Program-made: the position numbers and the translations under genes
Notes under the pieces: generated by a model
Told to the model about the DNA's origin: nothing
The model's input: the letters and a program-made list of their open reading frames with translations, nothing else
The model's database searches: none
Shown here: piece after piece, positions 1 to 8,617 of the stretch
Numbering within the stretch: position 1 is the stretch's first letter
Layout: each line of letters starts with the position of its first letter
Source: a virus
IMG/VR virus record: IMGVR_UViG_3300007735_000801
Length of the DNA stretch: 64,000 nt
Reading direction: 5' to 3' (one strand)

Positions 1-867
1 TAAAGTTGGTATAAACGTACCACCTCTAAGATCACATTGATATTTAGTGCTATTATTAAACTGAATACCATTTATTAGGCAGGTATTTAAAACGGTATCT
101 GTTATATCTACAACTAAATTTGCAGAAGTATTATTCGATTTAATGTACAAATTAACTATTGAAGGTGACCCTATTAAATTTTCTGAAATTGCTGATTGTT
201 TTAATTCTATTATATTTTTACCATTTAATATTGAAGTACCAATAACATCGTATCTTGTTGAATTATTTTGCGAATTTGGATTAACTACTTCAATAACGTC
301 CCCTGCAATTATTCCTAATTTTTCTAAAGAATTATTTCCAATACCTGTTGGTGATGCCAATGCGTATCGTTTGGTTGATGCGTTTTGACCTAAAGTAACA
401 CCACTTGTTATTTGTGGTGTATCAATAAAATATGTACCATAATAGATATCGGTTGATGTACTCTTATCTGTTGTGGAATTTACTGTAGCAAACACATAGT
501 TATTTTTAAATTCGGAAAATGTTAAGCTGGAAGATAGGTCTGCTTCTAATGCTTTAGCTTCTTGTAAATAAGAACCACCACTTAAAGTAATACCACTAGT
601 TTGATTTAGTCCAGCAAAAAAACTTTTGAGAAAAGTCTTGTCGCTGAAAGAAGCAAGACTATAATCCAAAATAACTTTGTTTACTGAATTTTCAGTGTAA
701 AAAACTACATTTGGTTTTGATGTCAGAGTGGAGGTATTCTTATATAATTCACTTTCGTAATTAATAAATTGAAGAAAGTAAAAAATATCTGATCTGGCTA
801 GCGTATACACCACTCCAGGAGTAGTGTTTTGGCTAACCGAACCACTTTTTGTATTTCGGACAGACAT
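1..867 (-). CDS. Hypothetical protein, probably virion-associated (partial; runs off left edge)
   Basis: ATG at 867 (MSVRNTKSGSVSQNTTPG...) 4 nt after the stop of the 872..2125 gene. The frame stays open as far as I translated it and would be absent from the ORF track if it has no stop in the window. It contains SGITL and SGVTLG motifs like the other virion proteins. Confidence 0.7.
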   Translation of the reverse strand, partial: MSVRNTKSGSVSQNTTPGVVYTLARSDIFYFLQFINYESELYKNTSTLTSKPNVVFYTENSVNKVILDYSLASFSDKTFLKSFFAGLNQTSGITLSGGSYLQEAKALEADLSSSLTFSEFKNNYVFATVNSTTDKSTSTDIYYGTYFIDTPQITSGVTLGQNASTKRYALASPTGIGNNSLEKLGIIAGDVIEVVNPNSQNNSTRYDVIGTSILNGKNIIELKQSAISENLIGSPSIVNLYIKSNNTSANLVVDITDTVLNTCLINGIQFNNSTKYQCDLRGGTFIPTL

Positions 868-871
868 ATAA

Positions 872-2125
872 TTAGGTTGCTATGTACGTAAATGTAGCCG
901 ATCCTGCAGTAACACCAAACGACACTGTATTCAAGTTATTAGATTCGATAAACAATATTTCGCCACTACCCAGAGCGTAAGTACTATTTGTTGTACCATT
1001 TCCTTGAATATTAATATCAATTGCAGATTTGTTCTTTACCGTAATACCAGTTTTAAGAGTTTGTGAACTCAGAGTTACCGTATTACCAAGAGTCAGACCA
1101 AGAGTTCTGGTTCCTGTATAAACCGTGCTTGGGCGTGTAATGGTAGTAATCTGTGTCTGAACAACAGTTCCAGTAAGACCACCACCATTCATGGACTTAC
1201 TAATATTTTCTGTATTAGTAATCAATGAGCTTAACTTGGAATCTACAGTTAAAATATTTGTATTAACTGATTCTAGATTTACTGCAACTGTTCCGTCTAC
1301 CACAACCTTGTTGCTCAAAGCTCCAGCATCCGTTACAATGACTACTGGGATTGCTTTAGAGGCTCCTTGAGTACCTACTACACGAACTTCTGGACCAGCA
1401 GTTGCCCCAGCAATATAGAACGGAGACGATTGACTGACACCAACCACGGCACTTACGCTGATTGTGGCAGTGATACCAGCACCAATAATATTAACGTTTA
1501 ATGCGCCACCAGAAGATCCAAGAGAATTACCGCTGCCGTCTCTTAGCATCACAGGAATATATGTGCCTCCTGCGCTGTTGTAGATTGCAATAGTATCATA
1601 ATTTTTGTTGGATGGAGGCAGATAAGAAACCGACACTGTGCTTCCAGTAATTGATACACTGTCTGTTGCAAAAGCCAGTCTGCGACCACCAGTAATACCG
1701 ATAGGGTTGATCAAGGAGAATGTGCTTCCGCCGTAAATCGTGATACCATTTGGAATATTAACATTTCCAGTAATACCCAATAATACACCATTGGTTGTTC
1801 CTTGAACATTACCATTGATCTGTACTTGAGCATAGCTAGAATTGGTAGTACCGCTAATAACCAAAGGAACGGCGGTAGAGCCAGATAATCCGTTTATAAT
1901 CTTGAAATTACCAAGACCACCAACACTACCAGTGATTCCTATGGTGGCAGTGGCTAGTCTGATGTCTACGGGAAGTGGATTACTTGTGGTAACTCTGTTT
2001 GAGGCAGCAGTATCTCCCCAAGCAATCTTACTTACTTGAAAATGACTACTGTTTACGTAATCGGTGGCAATAGCAGCGGTAGTTCCTGTAACATCAACAA
2101 TTAGATTCGGGTCTGTATCGGGCAT
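872..2125 (-). CDS. Gly/Thr/Ser-rich hypothetical virion protein
   Basis: 417-aa ORF with GGAGA RBS; beta-strand-like composition with about 20 G-x-T motifs; no family recognised. Confidence 0.75.
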   Translation of the reverse strand: MPDTDPNLIVDVTGTTAAIATDYVNSSHFQVSKIAWGDTAASNRVTTSNPLPVDIRLATATIGITGSVGGLGNFKIINGLSGSTAVPLVISGTTNSSYAQVQINGNVQGTTNGVLLGITGNVNIPNGITIYGGSTFSLINPIGITGGRRLAFATDSVSITGSTVSVSYLPPSNKNYDTIAIYNSAGGTYIPVMLRDGSGNSLGSSGGALNVNIIGAGITATISVSAVVGVSQSSPFYIAGATAGPEVRVVGTQGASKAIPVVIVTDAGALSNKVVVDGTVAVNLESVNTNILTVDSKLSSLITNTENISKSMNGGGLTGTVVQTQITTITRPSTVYTGTRTLGLTLGNTVTLSSQTLKTGITVKNKSAIDINIQGNGTTNSTYALGSGEILFIESNNLNTVSFGVTAGSATFTYIAT

Positions 2126-2182
2126 TTATTTCTCCAAGTATTATTTGTATTATTCATGAAAGCTGTTATATATATGTGTACT

Positions 2183-2413
2183 ATGGTCCTATTTTTTGAT
2201 AATGAAACCCAAAATGATTTTTGTCGTCAGGTTGAGAAGTACGTAGAACAATGGAGTTCAACATATATAGATGCCGTCATCAGTGTATGTGAGTCCAAAG
2301 ATCTGCCTGTCGAAAGCGTAGCTAAATTTTTATCTAAGCCTATTGTGGAGAAAATCCAGCAAGAAGGCGAAAATTTGAATTTTCTACAAAAAACAACAAA
2401 ATTATTATTTTGA
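2183..2413 (+). CDS. gp33: Late-transcription coactivator gp33
   Basis: YIDAVISVCE...VESVAKFLSKPIVEKIQQEGENLNFL matches the gp33 pattern; lies upstream of gp32; start uncertain (2156/2174/2183). Confidence 0.85.
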   Translation: MVLFFDNETQNDFCRQVEKYVEQWSSTYIDAVISVCESKDLPVESVAKFLSKPIVEKIQQEGENLNFLQKTTKLLF

Positions 2414-2414
2414 C

Positions 2415-2442
2415 TTGACAACCTTGTTTTAGCCTGTATAAT
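2415..2442 (+). promoter_or_regulatory. Sigma70-type early promoter for gp32
   Basis: TTGACA (2415-2420), 16-nt spacer, TATAAT (2437-2442); then AAGGAG RBS and ATG at 2466. Confidence 0.85.
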
Positions 2443-2465
2443 ATTCTTACAAAAGGAGATACTAC

Positions 2466-3341
2466 ATGTCATTTAAAGATTTGAAGAAGAATTCGTCGGA
2501 TTTCAGCAAACTCCAATCTGAATTGGAGAAGCAAAATAAAACTAACGATTACAAGGATGATCGTATGTGGCGACCAGTACTGGATGCAGCCAGTAACGGA
2601 TACGCCGTAATTAGGTTCTTGCCAGCAGTTCAAGGCGAGGACATTCCGTGGGTTAAGACTTACCAACATGCATTCCGTGGTAAGGGTGGCTGGTTTATTC
2701 ACAATTGCCCAACAACACTTGGTCAGAAGTGTCCAGTATGTGAAGGCAACAGTGAACTCTGGGCTTCGGGTACTGAAAGCGATAAGAATATTGCTCGTGA
2801 TCGTAAGCGTAAGCTTTCGTACACTTCTAATATTTTGATTGTTGAAGATCCAGCAAGTCCACAAAACAAGGGTAAGGTATTCTTGTTTAAGTACGGAAAG
2901 AAGATCTTCGACAAGATTCAAGAACAAATGAATCCTGAATTTGCAGACGAATCAACAGTCAATCCGTTTGACTTTTGGAAGGGTGCTAATTTCAAGTTGA
3001 AGGTTCGTAAGGTTGAGGGTTATGTGAATTACGACAAGAGTGAGTTTAGCGCAGCATCTGCTTTGTTTGATGGTGATGATGCTAAGATTGAAGCCTTGTG
3101 GAACAGTCAGTATCCACTGAAGCCCTTTGTTGATCCAAAGGAATTCAAGTCATACGCAGAACTCAAGGTGAAGCTTGTGGATGCCCTTGGCGGCAATCTT
3201 CGTAGTGAAGCAGGTGAAGAGGATACATTTGAGTCAGACACAAAGGCTCGTCAAACAACATCATCTCGTCGTTCTGCCCCCAAGCAGGAAACCGAAGACG
3301 TTGATGTTGATACGTATCTTAAGTCACTTGGTGATGAGTAA
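2466..3341 (+). CDS. gp32: Single-stranded DNA-binding protein gp32
   Basis: DDRMWRP, NGYAVIRFLPA, CPTTLGQKCPVC zinc motif, GKVFLFKYGKKIFDKI, NPFDFWKGANFKLK, acidic tail. Confidence 0.98.
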   Translation: MSFKDLKKNSSDFSKLQSELEKQNKTNDYKDDRMWRPVLDAASNGYAVIRFLPAVQGEDIPWVKTYQHAFRGKGGWFIHNCPTTLGQKCPVCEGNSELWASGTESDKNIARDRKRKLSYTSNILIVEDPASPQNKGKVFLFKYGKKIFDKIQEQMNPEFADESTVNPFDFWKGANFKLKVRKVEGYVNYDKSEFSAASALFDGDDAKIEALWNSQYPLKPFVDPKEFKSYAELKVKLVDALGGNLRSEAGEEDTFESDTKARQTTSSRRSAPKQETEDVDVDTYLKSLGDE

Positions 3342-3362
3342 TAATTCAGAGTTGTCTGAGTT

Positions 3363-3392
3363 AAAAGAAACCCCCAGCAATGGGGGTTTTTT
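3363..3392. terminator. Bidirectional intrinsic terminator
   Basis: AAACCCCCA-GCAA-TGGGGGTTT 9-bp stem with GNRA loop, T-tract on the right and A-tract on the left, between convergent genes. Confidence 0.9.
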
Positions 3393-3393
3393 A

Positions 3394-4092
3394 TTATGCT
3401 ATATTTGCTCTCCAACTAGGCATTTGTTGGTAATCACGACGTAATCCACTAAGAAAATCTGTACTAATACTAGTTACGCTTTGATTGTTATTAGTAACAT
3501 TAGCAGAAGAAGCATTCACTTGACCCTGACCTTGATTTTGGCTTAGATCTCTTGCGTCTTTTAGGTTGTTGGCACCAGCAATCATACTCATAACTTTTGC
3601 AGTTTTTGATTCTATATCACCAATACTACTACGATTAAATGCTGCAGATTTAGCTTGCGCTAATGCTTCCGTAAACGATACTTCTCTCTGTCTTGGTGCA
3701 GGATTTTGTCGTTTAGGAGCTAGATCTTGATCCTGCTTAGGACGACCATACCTTCTTCGTAATAAATCTCGTTCTCTTTCTTTATTAGATTTTTCCAATT
3801 TATTTTGATCTAAATCTAATTCTTTTTCATGAAATTTTTTCATTTCAGGAAGTTGTGTGGGTGTAAAATGAGCATTGTTAGTTTTAGGTTGGCTTTTTTG
3901 CTGCGGATCTAGATTTAAAGGTTGGCTTTTTTGCGTATTTAAATTTTGTTCTTTATCAGATTTTTCAACTTTACTTGGTTCTAAATCTAATTCTTGTTGG
4001 TCAAATTTCTTCATTTCTGGAAGTCTTACAGACATAAAATAGGTATCACTTGTTTCAAGTTTTTCTTTTTCTTCTTTTTGTGGATTTATCAT
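3394..4092 (-). CDS. Hypothetical protein at the tape-measure (gp29-like) position; contains an internal repeat
   Basis: 232 aa directly downstream of gp26-51; two copies of LPEMKKF..ELDL....EKS.KE; Asn/Thr-rich C-terminus (NVTNNNQSVT). Confidence 0.6.
   Translation of the reverse strand: MINPQKEEKEKLETSDTYFMSVRLPEMKKFDQQELDLEPSKVEKSDKEQNLNTQKSQPLNLDPQQKSQPKTNNAHFTPTQLPEMKKFHEKELDLDQNKLEKSNKERERDLLRRRYGRPKQDQDLAPKRQNPAPRQREVSFTEALAQAKSAAFNRSSIGDIESKTAKVMSMIAGANNLKDARDLSQNQGQGQVNASSANVTNNNQSVTSISTDFLSGLRRDYQQMPSWRANIA
3775..4023 (-). repeat. Diverged 78-nt direct repeat (4023-3946 and 3852-3775) inside the 232-aa gene
   Basis: LPEMKKFDQQELDLEPSKVEKSDKEQ vs LPEMKKFHEKELDLDQNKLEKSNKER; QKSQP also occurs twice between the copies. 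Confidence 0.85.
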
Positions 4093-4985
4093 TAGAAGCT
4101 CATTTCTGTGGTATTATTTAGTCTGTTGGTTTCTTCTTTTAAGTGATTTCTGATTTGTTCCAAGTAAACAGTTCGTTCCCAAGGAATCATGGTTTCTATC
4201 TCATCTAGGCTGTAATGATGATGATACTTCATTTGGAAGTTTTGGCGATAGTATAAATCTAGCGTCAAGTGATCAAAAAAAAAATTTATAAAATTAAACA
4301 GACCCTTTATCTTTATTTGTCTGGTTACACCGTCAGAAGTCTTGTAATCTGAAGATACTTGAATAGACGGCAAAGAATCAAAGTATTCAATGATCATATT
4401 AAATTGCTGTGGTGTTAGATTTTGTATAAACTCTACAATTTCCTTCTCTGGCTTGTCTTCGCAATTGATTACTTCTTTTTGTGTTTGAATTTGCTTCAGA
4501 CAAGAAGCAACATAGGAATAAATTTTATCAGAATTTGTATTATAGTCTGGATACTTTATCAGGGTTTTAATTGTTGGGGGAGACATAATCAATAATAGAT
4601 TATTATTAATTTTTATTTTTGGGCTACTTTTAGGCTTATTTATTTTTATATCATTCAGAATATTGATCTTCAATATAGCATCTTCCCCTGTATCTGGGCA
4701 TTTAATGCTAAAAGATTCAATTTCTCCTAATGATTTGGCTCTTAGTAGCAAGAAGGCATGTTCAAAATCAGCAATACTTGATTCTTTGGCAACAAACCCG
4801 TCAAAGCAAGAATTAATAATATTCATTAAAGTTTTAAGAACACCAGTCTTGTCGTCAGAGTCTTTTACCAGTAAAAGAGACTTTTCTTCCAAAACAATCA
4901 TAGGTCTGAAACACACAGATTTGCCAGACACCAGGGTTTCGCAATATTGAGGAAATGATGAAGTTATTAGATCTTTTAGAGCCAT
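4092..4985 (-). CDS. gp26/gp51: Baseplate hub assembly protein, gp26-gp51 in-frame fusion
   Basis: N-part FRPMIVLEEKSLLL...FLLLRAKSLGE is gp26-like; C-part YYRQNFQMKYHHHYSLDEIETMIPWER is gp51-like; the two are joined across a T10 run. Confidence 0.88.
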   Translation of the reverse strand: MALKDLITSSFPQYCETLVSGKSVCFRPMIVLEEKSLLLVKDSDDKTGVLKTLMNIINSCFDGFVAKESSIADFEHAFLLLRAKSLGEIESFSIKCPDTGEDAILKINILNDIKINKPKSSPKIKINNNLLLIMSPPTIKTLIKYPDYNTNSDKIYSYVASCLKQIQTQKEVINCEDKPEKEIVEFIQNLTPQQFNMIIEYFDSLPSIQVSSDYKTSDGVTRQIKIKGLFNFINFFFDHLTLDLYYRQNFQMKYHHHYSLDEIETMIPWERTVYLEQIRNHLKEETNRLNNTTEMSF

Positions 4986-4995
4986 AGTATAAACC

Positions 4996-5577
4996 TTAAG
5001 TAATTGTATAATATCTATACATCATATCAACAATAAGAGTTAGATATTGGTTTGGTGTATCATTACTGAATTGAGTAGGAATAATTTGCTTTGGATAGGC
5101 ATCGTATAGTGTAATAGTTTTAACTACATTATCATTTTGATCTAGTGCTTCTATTTCAAGTGTTCCTACAATATCAGTGAAATATTGCACTCTGGTAGAA
5201 TTTTTATTTGTATTACCTGTGTTAAGAAACAAAGCATTAATCCAAGAATCAAAAAAAGATCTAATATTCCATTTTTTATCTACTATGAATTCTATGATAT
5301 ATCGATCATCATAGTTTCGTCGAATTGGTATGCTGATTGGTGGACCAGAAGGAGACATTGTGTCTTCGTAAAATATGATAGATTGTGAAGGAGTCTGTAT
5401 ATTTGAAGCAAATACCGTAAATGCTGTGGGAGCAATCTTTGATCCTCCAGGAATACTAGTAGGAGGTAATATATCGATACGAAAACGATTAGATTTTTGA
5501 AATCCAGATGCAGTTGAAAATGCAGTAATTAGTGTAGTAATATCTGATTTTTGTGGACTTTGAGGATTGTTTGGCAT
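4996..5577 (-). CDS. gp54: Tail-tube-fold baseplate protein (gp54/gp19-like tail tube initiator)
   Basis: SNRFRIDI, FIVDKKWNIRSFFDSW, TLYDAYPK, MMYRYY; syntenic between gp4 and gp26. Confidence 0.75.
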   Translation of the reverse strand: MPNNPQSPQKSDITTLITAFSTASGFQKSNRFRIDILPPTSIPGGSKIAPTAFTVFASNIQTPSQSIIFYEDTMSPSGPPISIPIRRNYDDRYIIEFIVDKKWNIRSFFDSWINALFLNTGNTNKNSTRVQYFTDIVGTLEIEALDQNDNVVKTITLYDAYPKQIIPTQFSNDTPNQYLTLIVDMMYRYYTIT

Positions 5578-5578
5578 G

Positions 5579-6010
5579 TTATGCTCGGAATAAGTTATCT
5601 TCTGTTAAAATCTTAAAGACCCAGCCTCGTTCTTTGCAATATATTTCTGCAGCCTTCCATTTGCATGTATTAGTTTCGTAGGTAATACATTCATTCAGAT
5701 GTGCTCTTTTGTTCTTTTTTGGTGTTGGTTTCACTGTTTGTTTTTTTGGTTTGATTTCTACTACGTAAGTTTCTATGATTCCGTCTTTAACTGCCTCAAA
5801 TAAAAAATCTGGGTAGTATTGGTGTAATTGTTTATCTATAGTAGATAGGTAAGGAATCTTCAATTCTTCGCTACACCAGCGAATAATATTTTCATTTTGG
5901 TCTAAATACTTACAAAACTTGCGTTCCCAGTTAGATCGACAAACAATGTTGTCGGCATTGCCTACATATTTAGACACAAATTCTGGTTTATATTTGGTTT
6001 TGTATGCCAT
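5579..6010 (-). CDS. gp4: Head completion protein gp4 (TnsA-like nuclease fold)
   Basis: KYVGNADNIVCRSNWERKFC, WCSEE, YYPDF, VEIKPKKQT, FKILTE; start reassigned to ATG 6010 (MAYKTKY) because the longer ORF overlaps gp48. Confidence 0.92.
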   Translation of the reverse strand: MAYKTKYKPEFVSKYVGNADNIVCRSNWERKFCKYLDQNENIIRWCSEELKIPYLSTIDKQLHQYYPDFLFEAVKDGIIETYVVEIKPKKQTVKPTPKKNKRAHLNECITYETNTCKWKAAEIYCKERGWVFKILTEDNLFRA

Positions 6011-6034
6011 AATCCCAACTATATATCTATACAA

Positions 6035-6808
6035 ATGCCAGTAGAATTTACATTTCCACCAAATACCCCTAATAATAATAGGAATTTTCATCAAGACATT
6101 CCTGTTTGGATGAAGTTTTATTGTGCCGATTATAGTACATTTGCTGGAAACCGAACTAGAGATAGTGTTACAAGTAGAGCATACGTAACTCTGACAATTC
6201 CTTATCCACAACAGCATAATACTTTAAATTCTCAAAATTATCAAGCAGGCGGAAGTTTAAACGTTAGGGCAATAGAAAAAGGAATTCTTGGTAATCTAAT
6301 AGGCGAACAGATTGCTGCAACAGCAGAATTAGCCAATAGTTTTTTTAGTGGTGGTGGAGTTTTGCGATTTGATCACTTTGAATCTATTCTTAGTCCAGGA
6401 GCTAGAAGAACTCATACATTTAATATCAATCTAATTTCAAAAAGCGAAGAAGAATCGTTTCAAGCTAATAAAATAGCTTTATGTTTTCAGACTAATGTGT
6501 TTCCTGTAGCACTAGACAATTATTTAACCATGCGACATCCGCCTTTGTGGTATTTTAAAAGTATAGTTACCGACATACGTGCCGATCCAGGAGACGAAAT
6601 TCAAACTGCCTGGGATGGTCAGCCTCTACCTTGTGTTTTGCGAACTGTGGATATTAATAGATCACCAATTTTAAATACTCCATTTATCGGATCAGATTTT
6701 AAACCAGTAGCACTTAACATTAAATTATCGTTTATTGAACTGGAACCAGCTCTTCAAAAGGGAGACGGATCATTGAACATTATAAGTCGTTCAGAAAGGT
6801 TGGCTTGA
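6035..6808 (+). CDS. gp48: Baseplate tail-tube cap gp48-like
   Basis: RTHTFNINLISKSEEES, PCVL, KLSFIELE; syntenic, divergent from gp4 and preceding gp53. Confidence 0.75.
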   Translation: MPVEFTFPPNTPNNNRNFHQDIPVWMKFYCADYSTFAGNRTRDSVTSRAYVTLTIPYPQQHNTLNSQNYQAGGSLNVRAIEKGILGNLIGEQIAATAELANSFFSGGGVLRFDHFESILSPGARRTHTFNINLISKSEEESFQANKIALCFQTNVFPVALDNYLTMRHPPLWYFKSIVTDIRADPGDEIQTAWDGQPLPCVLRTVDINRSPILNTPFIGSDFKPVALNIKLSFIELEPALQKGDGSLNIISRSERLA

Positions 6809-6814
6809 CCTTAA

Positions 6815-8617
6815 ATGTTTGAATATTTTCCTAAAATTCAATATAATTTTGACGGAATTACACAAACAGTAACCAATATATTCAAATCCGTCAATGTTAC
6901 AGTAGACCAACAAGATAATGTAACAACAAGCACCACAATCCCTGGAGAAAGACCAGACCAATTGTCAGCAAGATTGTTTAACCGAACTGATTACTTTTGG
7001 TCTTTATTTTTAACTAATGGCATTAAAAATCCATTAAGGGAATGGGCACAATCACAGGATAGTTATACGGCACAGATTGAAAAGGAATATGATGGCTGGT
7101 ATTATCAGTTTGCAAATACCTCTAATTATCTTCCAGGTGTTACTGCCTATCAAGATATTAGTAAAATCGATGCGTATCAGGGAGTAGATCTAACTGGCAT
7201 TAGTGTCGGAGATTTAATCATTTACGAAACAGGAACTGGACCATTTTCCGTTAAGTGCTTGGGTGCTGGTGGAGTTACTTCTTCTGCTGATTGCGGTAGT
7301 CCTCAATTCGGGCAAAGCCTAATACCAGATAATTTTAATAAACAACAAGACGTAGTTCAGGTTTCTGCTGGAGATTACTTTACAGCATGTCTAGATTCTA
7401 AAGGATACATCTATGTTTGGGGCAAAACTCCATCTTTAAGTTCTGCTAAATTTACTCAAAATGATCGTTTGTATTCATCTAAAGACGGCAGATATTCTTT
7501 CATAGATGCTACTGGAGAAAATCTTATAGCAGTTTTAGACGGATCATTAGTCTGTTTTGGTGGCTGTACTGCGTTCAATACTAACTATTCTGGTCAGACA
7601 GGAATAGTGAAAACTTCGTGGACTGCTCGTGGTGTTAGTGGTGGTGTTGCTATTAAATCTGATGGTACGGTAGTCGATTTTGGTTTAAATGGTCCTACTG
7701 GCGTTACCCTAAATGATATAGCATGTGGATACGAATTTTGTGTTGGTGTTTTAGGAAATACAAGAGGTGTTACGGTTTGGGGTAGTAACACCTATAATCA
7801 AAAATCTATTCCAGGCGTAACAGGGGTTACGGCTATTGCTGCTGGATTTGGTCATGCATTAGCAGTAACTGATGATGGTACTGGTTATGGTTGGGGATTA
7901 AATACTAATGGTCAAACCACAATTCCTTCTTCTGGTTATGCTTCTGTTTCTGCGGGATTTAGGCATTCTGCTGGGTTAAAAACTAACGGAAGCTTGGAAG
8001 TATGGGGCAGCATAACCACATACAGTAAAAATAGTGGTTGCACAGGAATAACACAAACAGTAAGTGCCACAGGATTAACAGGTGCCTTTTCTCGGATATC
8101 TTCAGGTAACGATCATATAGTACTCAAGGGCTCAGGAACAAATTACAAATATACTGGTGTTGTTGATTCGGTAGATCCTGTATACAAAAGAATCTTTGTA
8201 AAAGCTTACCAATTCACACAAGCAACGCCAATATTATTAGACGATCCTTCAGGAACTATTGTTTCTTTTTGGAGACTTAATACTAACGGTAGATATGGAG
8301 AAATAAAAACTATCCAGCATCAATTATTAACTATTGGAAAATATTTAGATTCTACCATTTATGTTGACCAAGCAGGTTTAATTTTAGATCCAGTTGCAGG
8401 AAATAATTGGCAATCTATTTATTTGGTGGATCACCAAACGCCAGACACTAATGAGTCATTTATAACCCCAAGAAAACAATTATTAGATATAGATCTATAC
8501 AACAAAACTCAAATTGATCATTTAAACAAAGATCAAATTGTGTTACTAAAAGAACAGATAGGTAATTCCTTACTTACGGATGATGTTATAAATATAAAAA
8601 CAAGTGAATTAATATGA
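6815..8617 (+). CDS. gp53: Baseplate wedge gp53 with inserted RCC1/BLIP-II repeats
   Basis: N-term YFPKIQY...GERPDQLSARLF..TDYFWSLFLTNGIKNPLREW is gp53/LysM-like. The middle carries RCC1-type repeats (VSAGDYFTACLDSKGYIYVWG; IAAGFGHALAVTDDGTGYGWGLNTNGQ; VSAGFRHSAGLKTNGSLEVWG). Confidence 0.82.
   Translation: MFEYFPKIQYNFDGITQTVTNIFKSVNVTVDQQDNVTTSTTIPGERPDQLSARLFNRTDYFWSLFLTNGIKNPLREWAQSQDSYTAQIEKEYDGWYYQFANTSNYLPGVTAYQDISKIDAYQGVDLTGISVGDLIIYETGTGPFSVKCLGAGGVTSSADCGSPQFGQSLIPDNFNKQQDVVQVSAGDYFTACLDSKGYIYVWGKTPSLSSAKFTQNDRLYSSKDGRYSFIDATGENLIAVLDGSLVCFGGCTAFNTNYSGQTGIVKTSWTARGVSGGVAIKSDGTVVDFGLNGPTGVTLNDIACGYEFCVGVLGNTRGVTVWGSNTYNQKSIPGVTGVTAIAAGFGHALAVTDDGTGYGWGLNTNGQTTIPSSGYASVSAGFRHSAGLKTNGSLEVWGSITTYSKNSGCTGITQTVSATGLTGAFSRISSGNDHIVLKGSGTNYKYTGVVDSVDPVYKRIFVKAYQFTQATPILLDDPSGTIVSFWRLNTNGRYGEIKTIQHQLLTIGKYLDSTIYVDQAGLILDPVAGNNWQSIYLVDHQTPDTNESFITPRKQLLDIDLYNKTQIDHLNKDQIVLLKEQIGNSLLTDDVINIKTSELI
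8587..8594 (+). promoter_or_regulatory. T4-type late promoter
   Basis: TATAAATA ending 19 nt before ATG 8614. Confidence 0.65.

Noticed and set aside
143-388. 81-aa plus-strand ORF
   Set aside because: Lies antisense within the longer minus-strand gene starting at 867
5579-6010. TnsA-like nuclease as evidence of a transposon or homing endonuclease
   Set aside because: It is the syntenic core gene gp4; no transposon ends or partner genes
6011-6217. N-terminal extension of gp4 in the ORF track
   Set aside because: Overlaps the divergent gp48; homology begins at MAYKTKY (6010)
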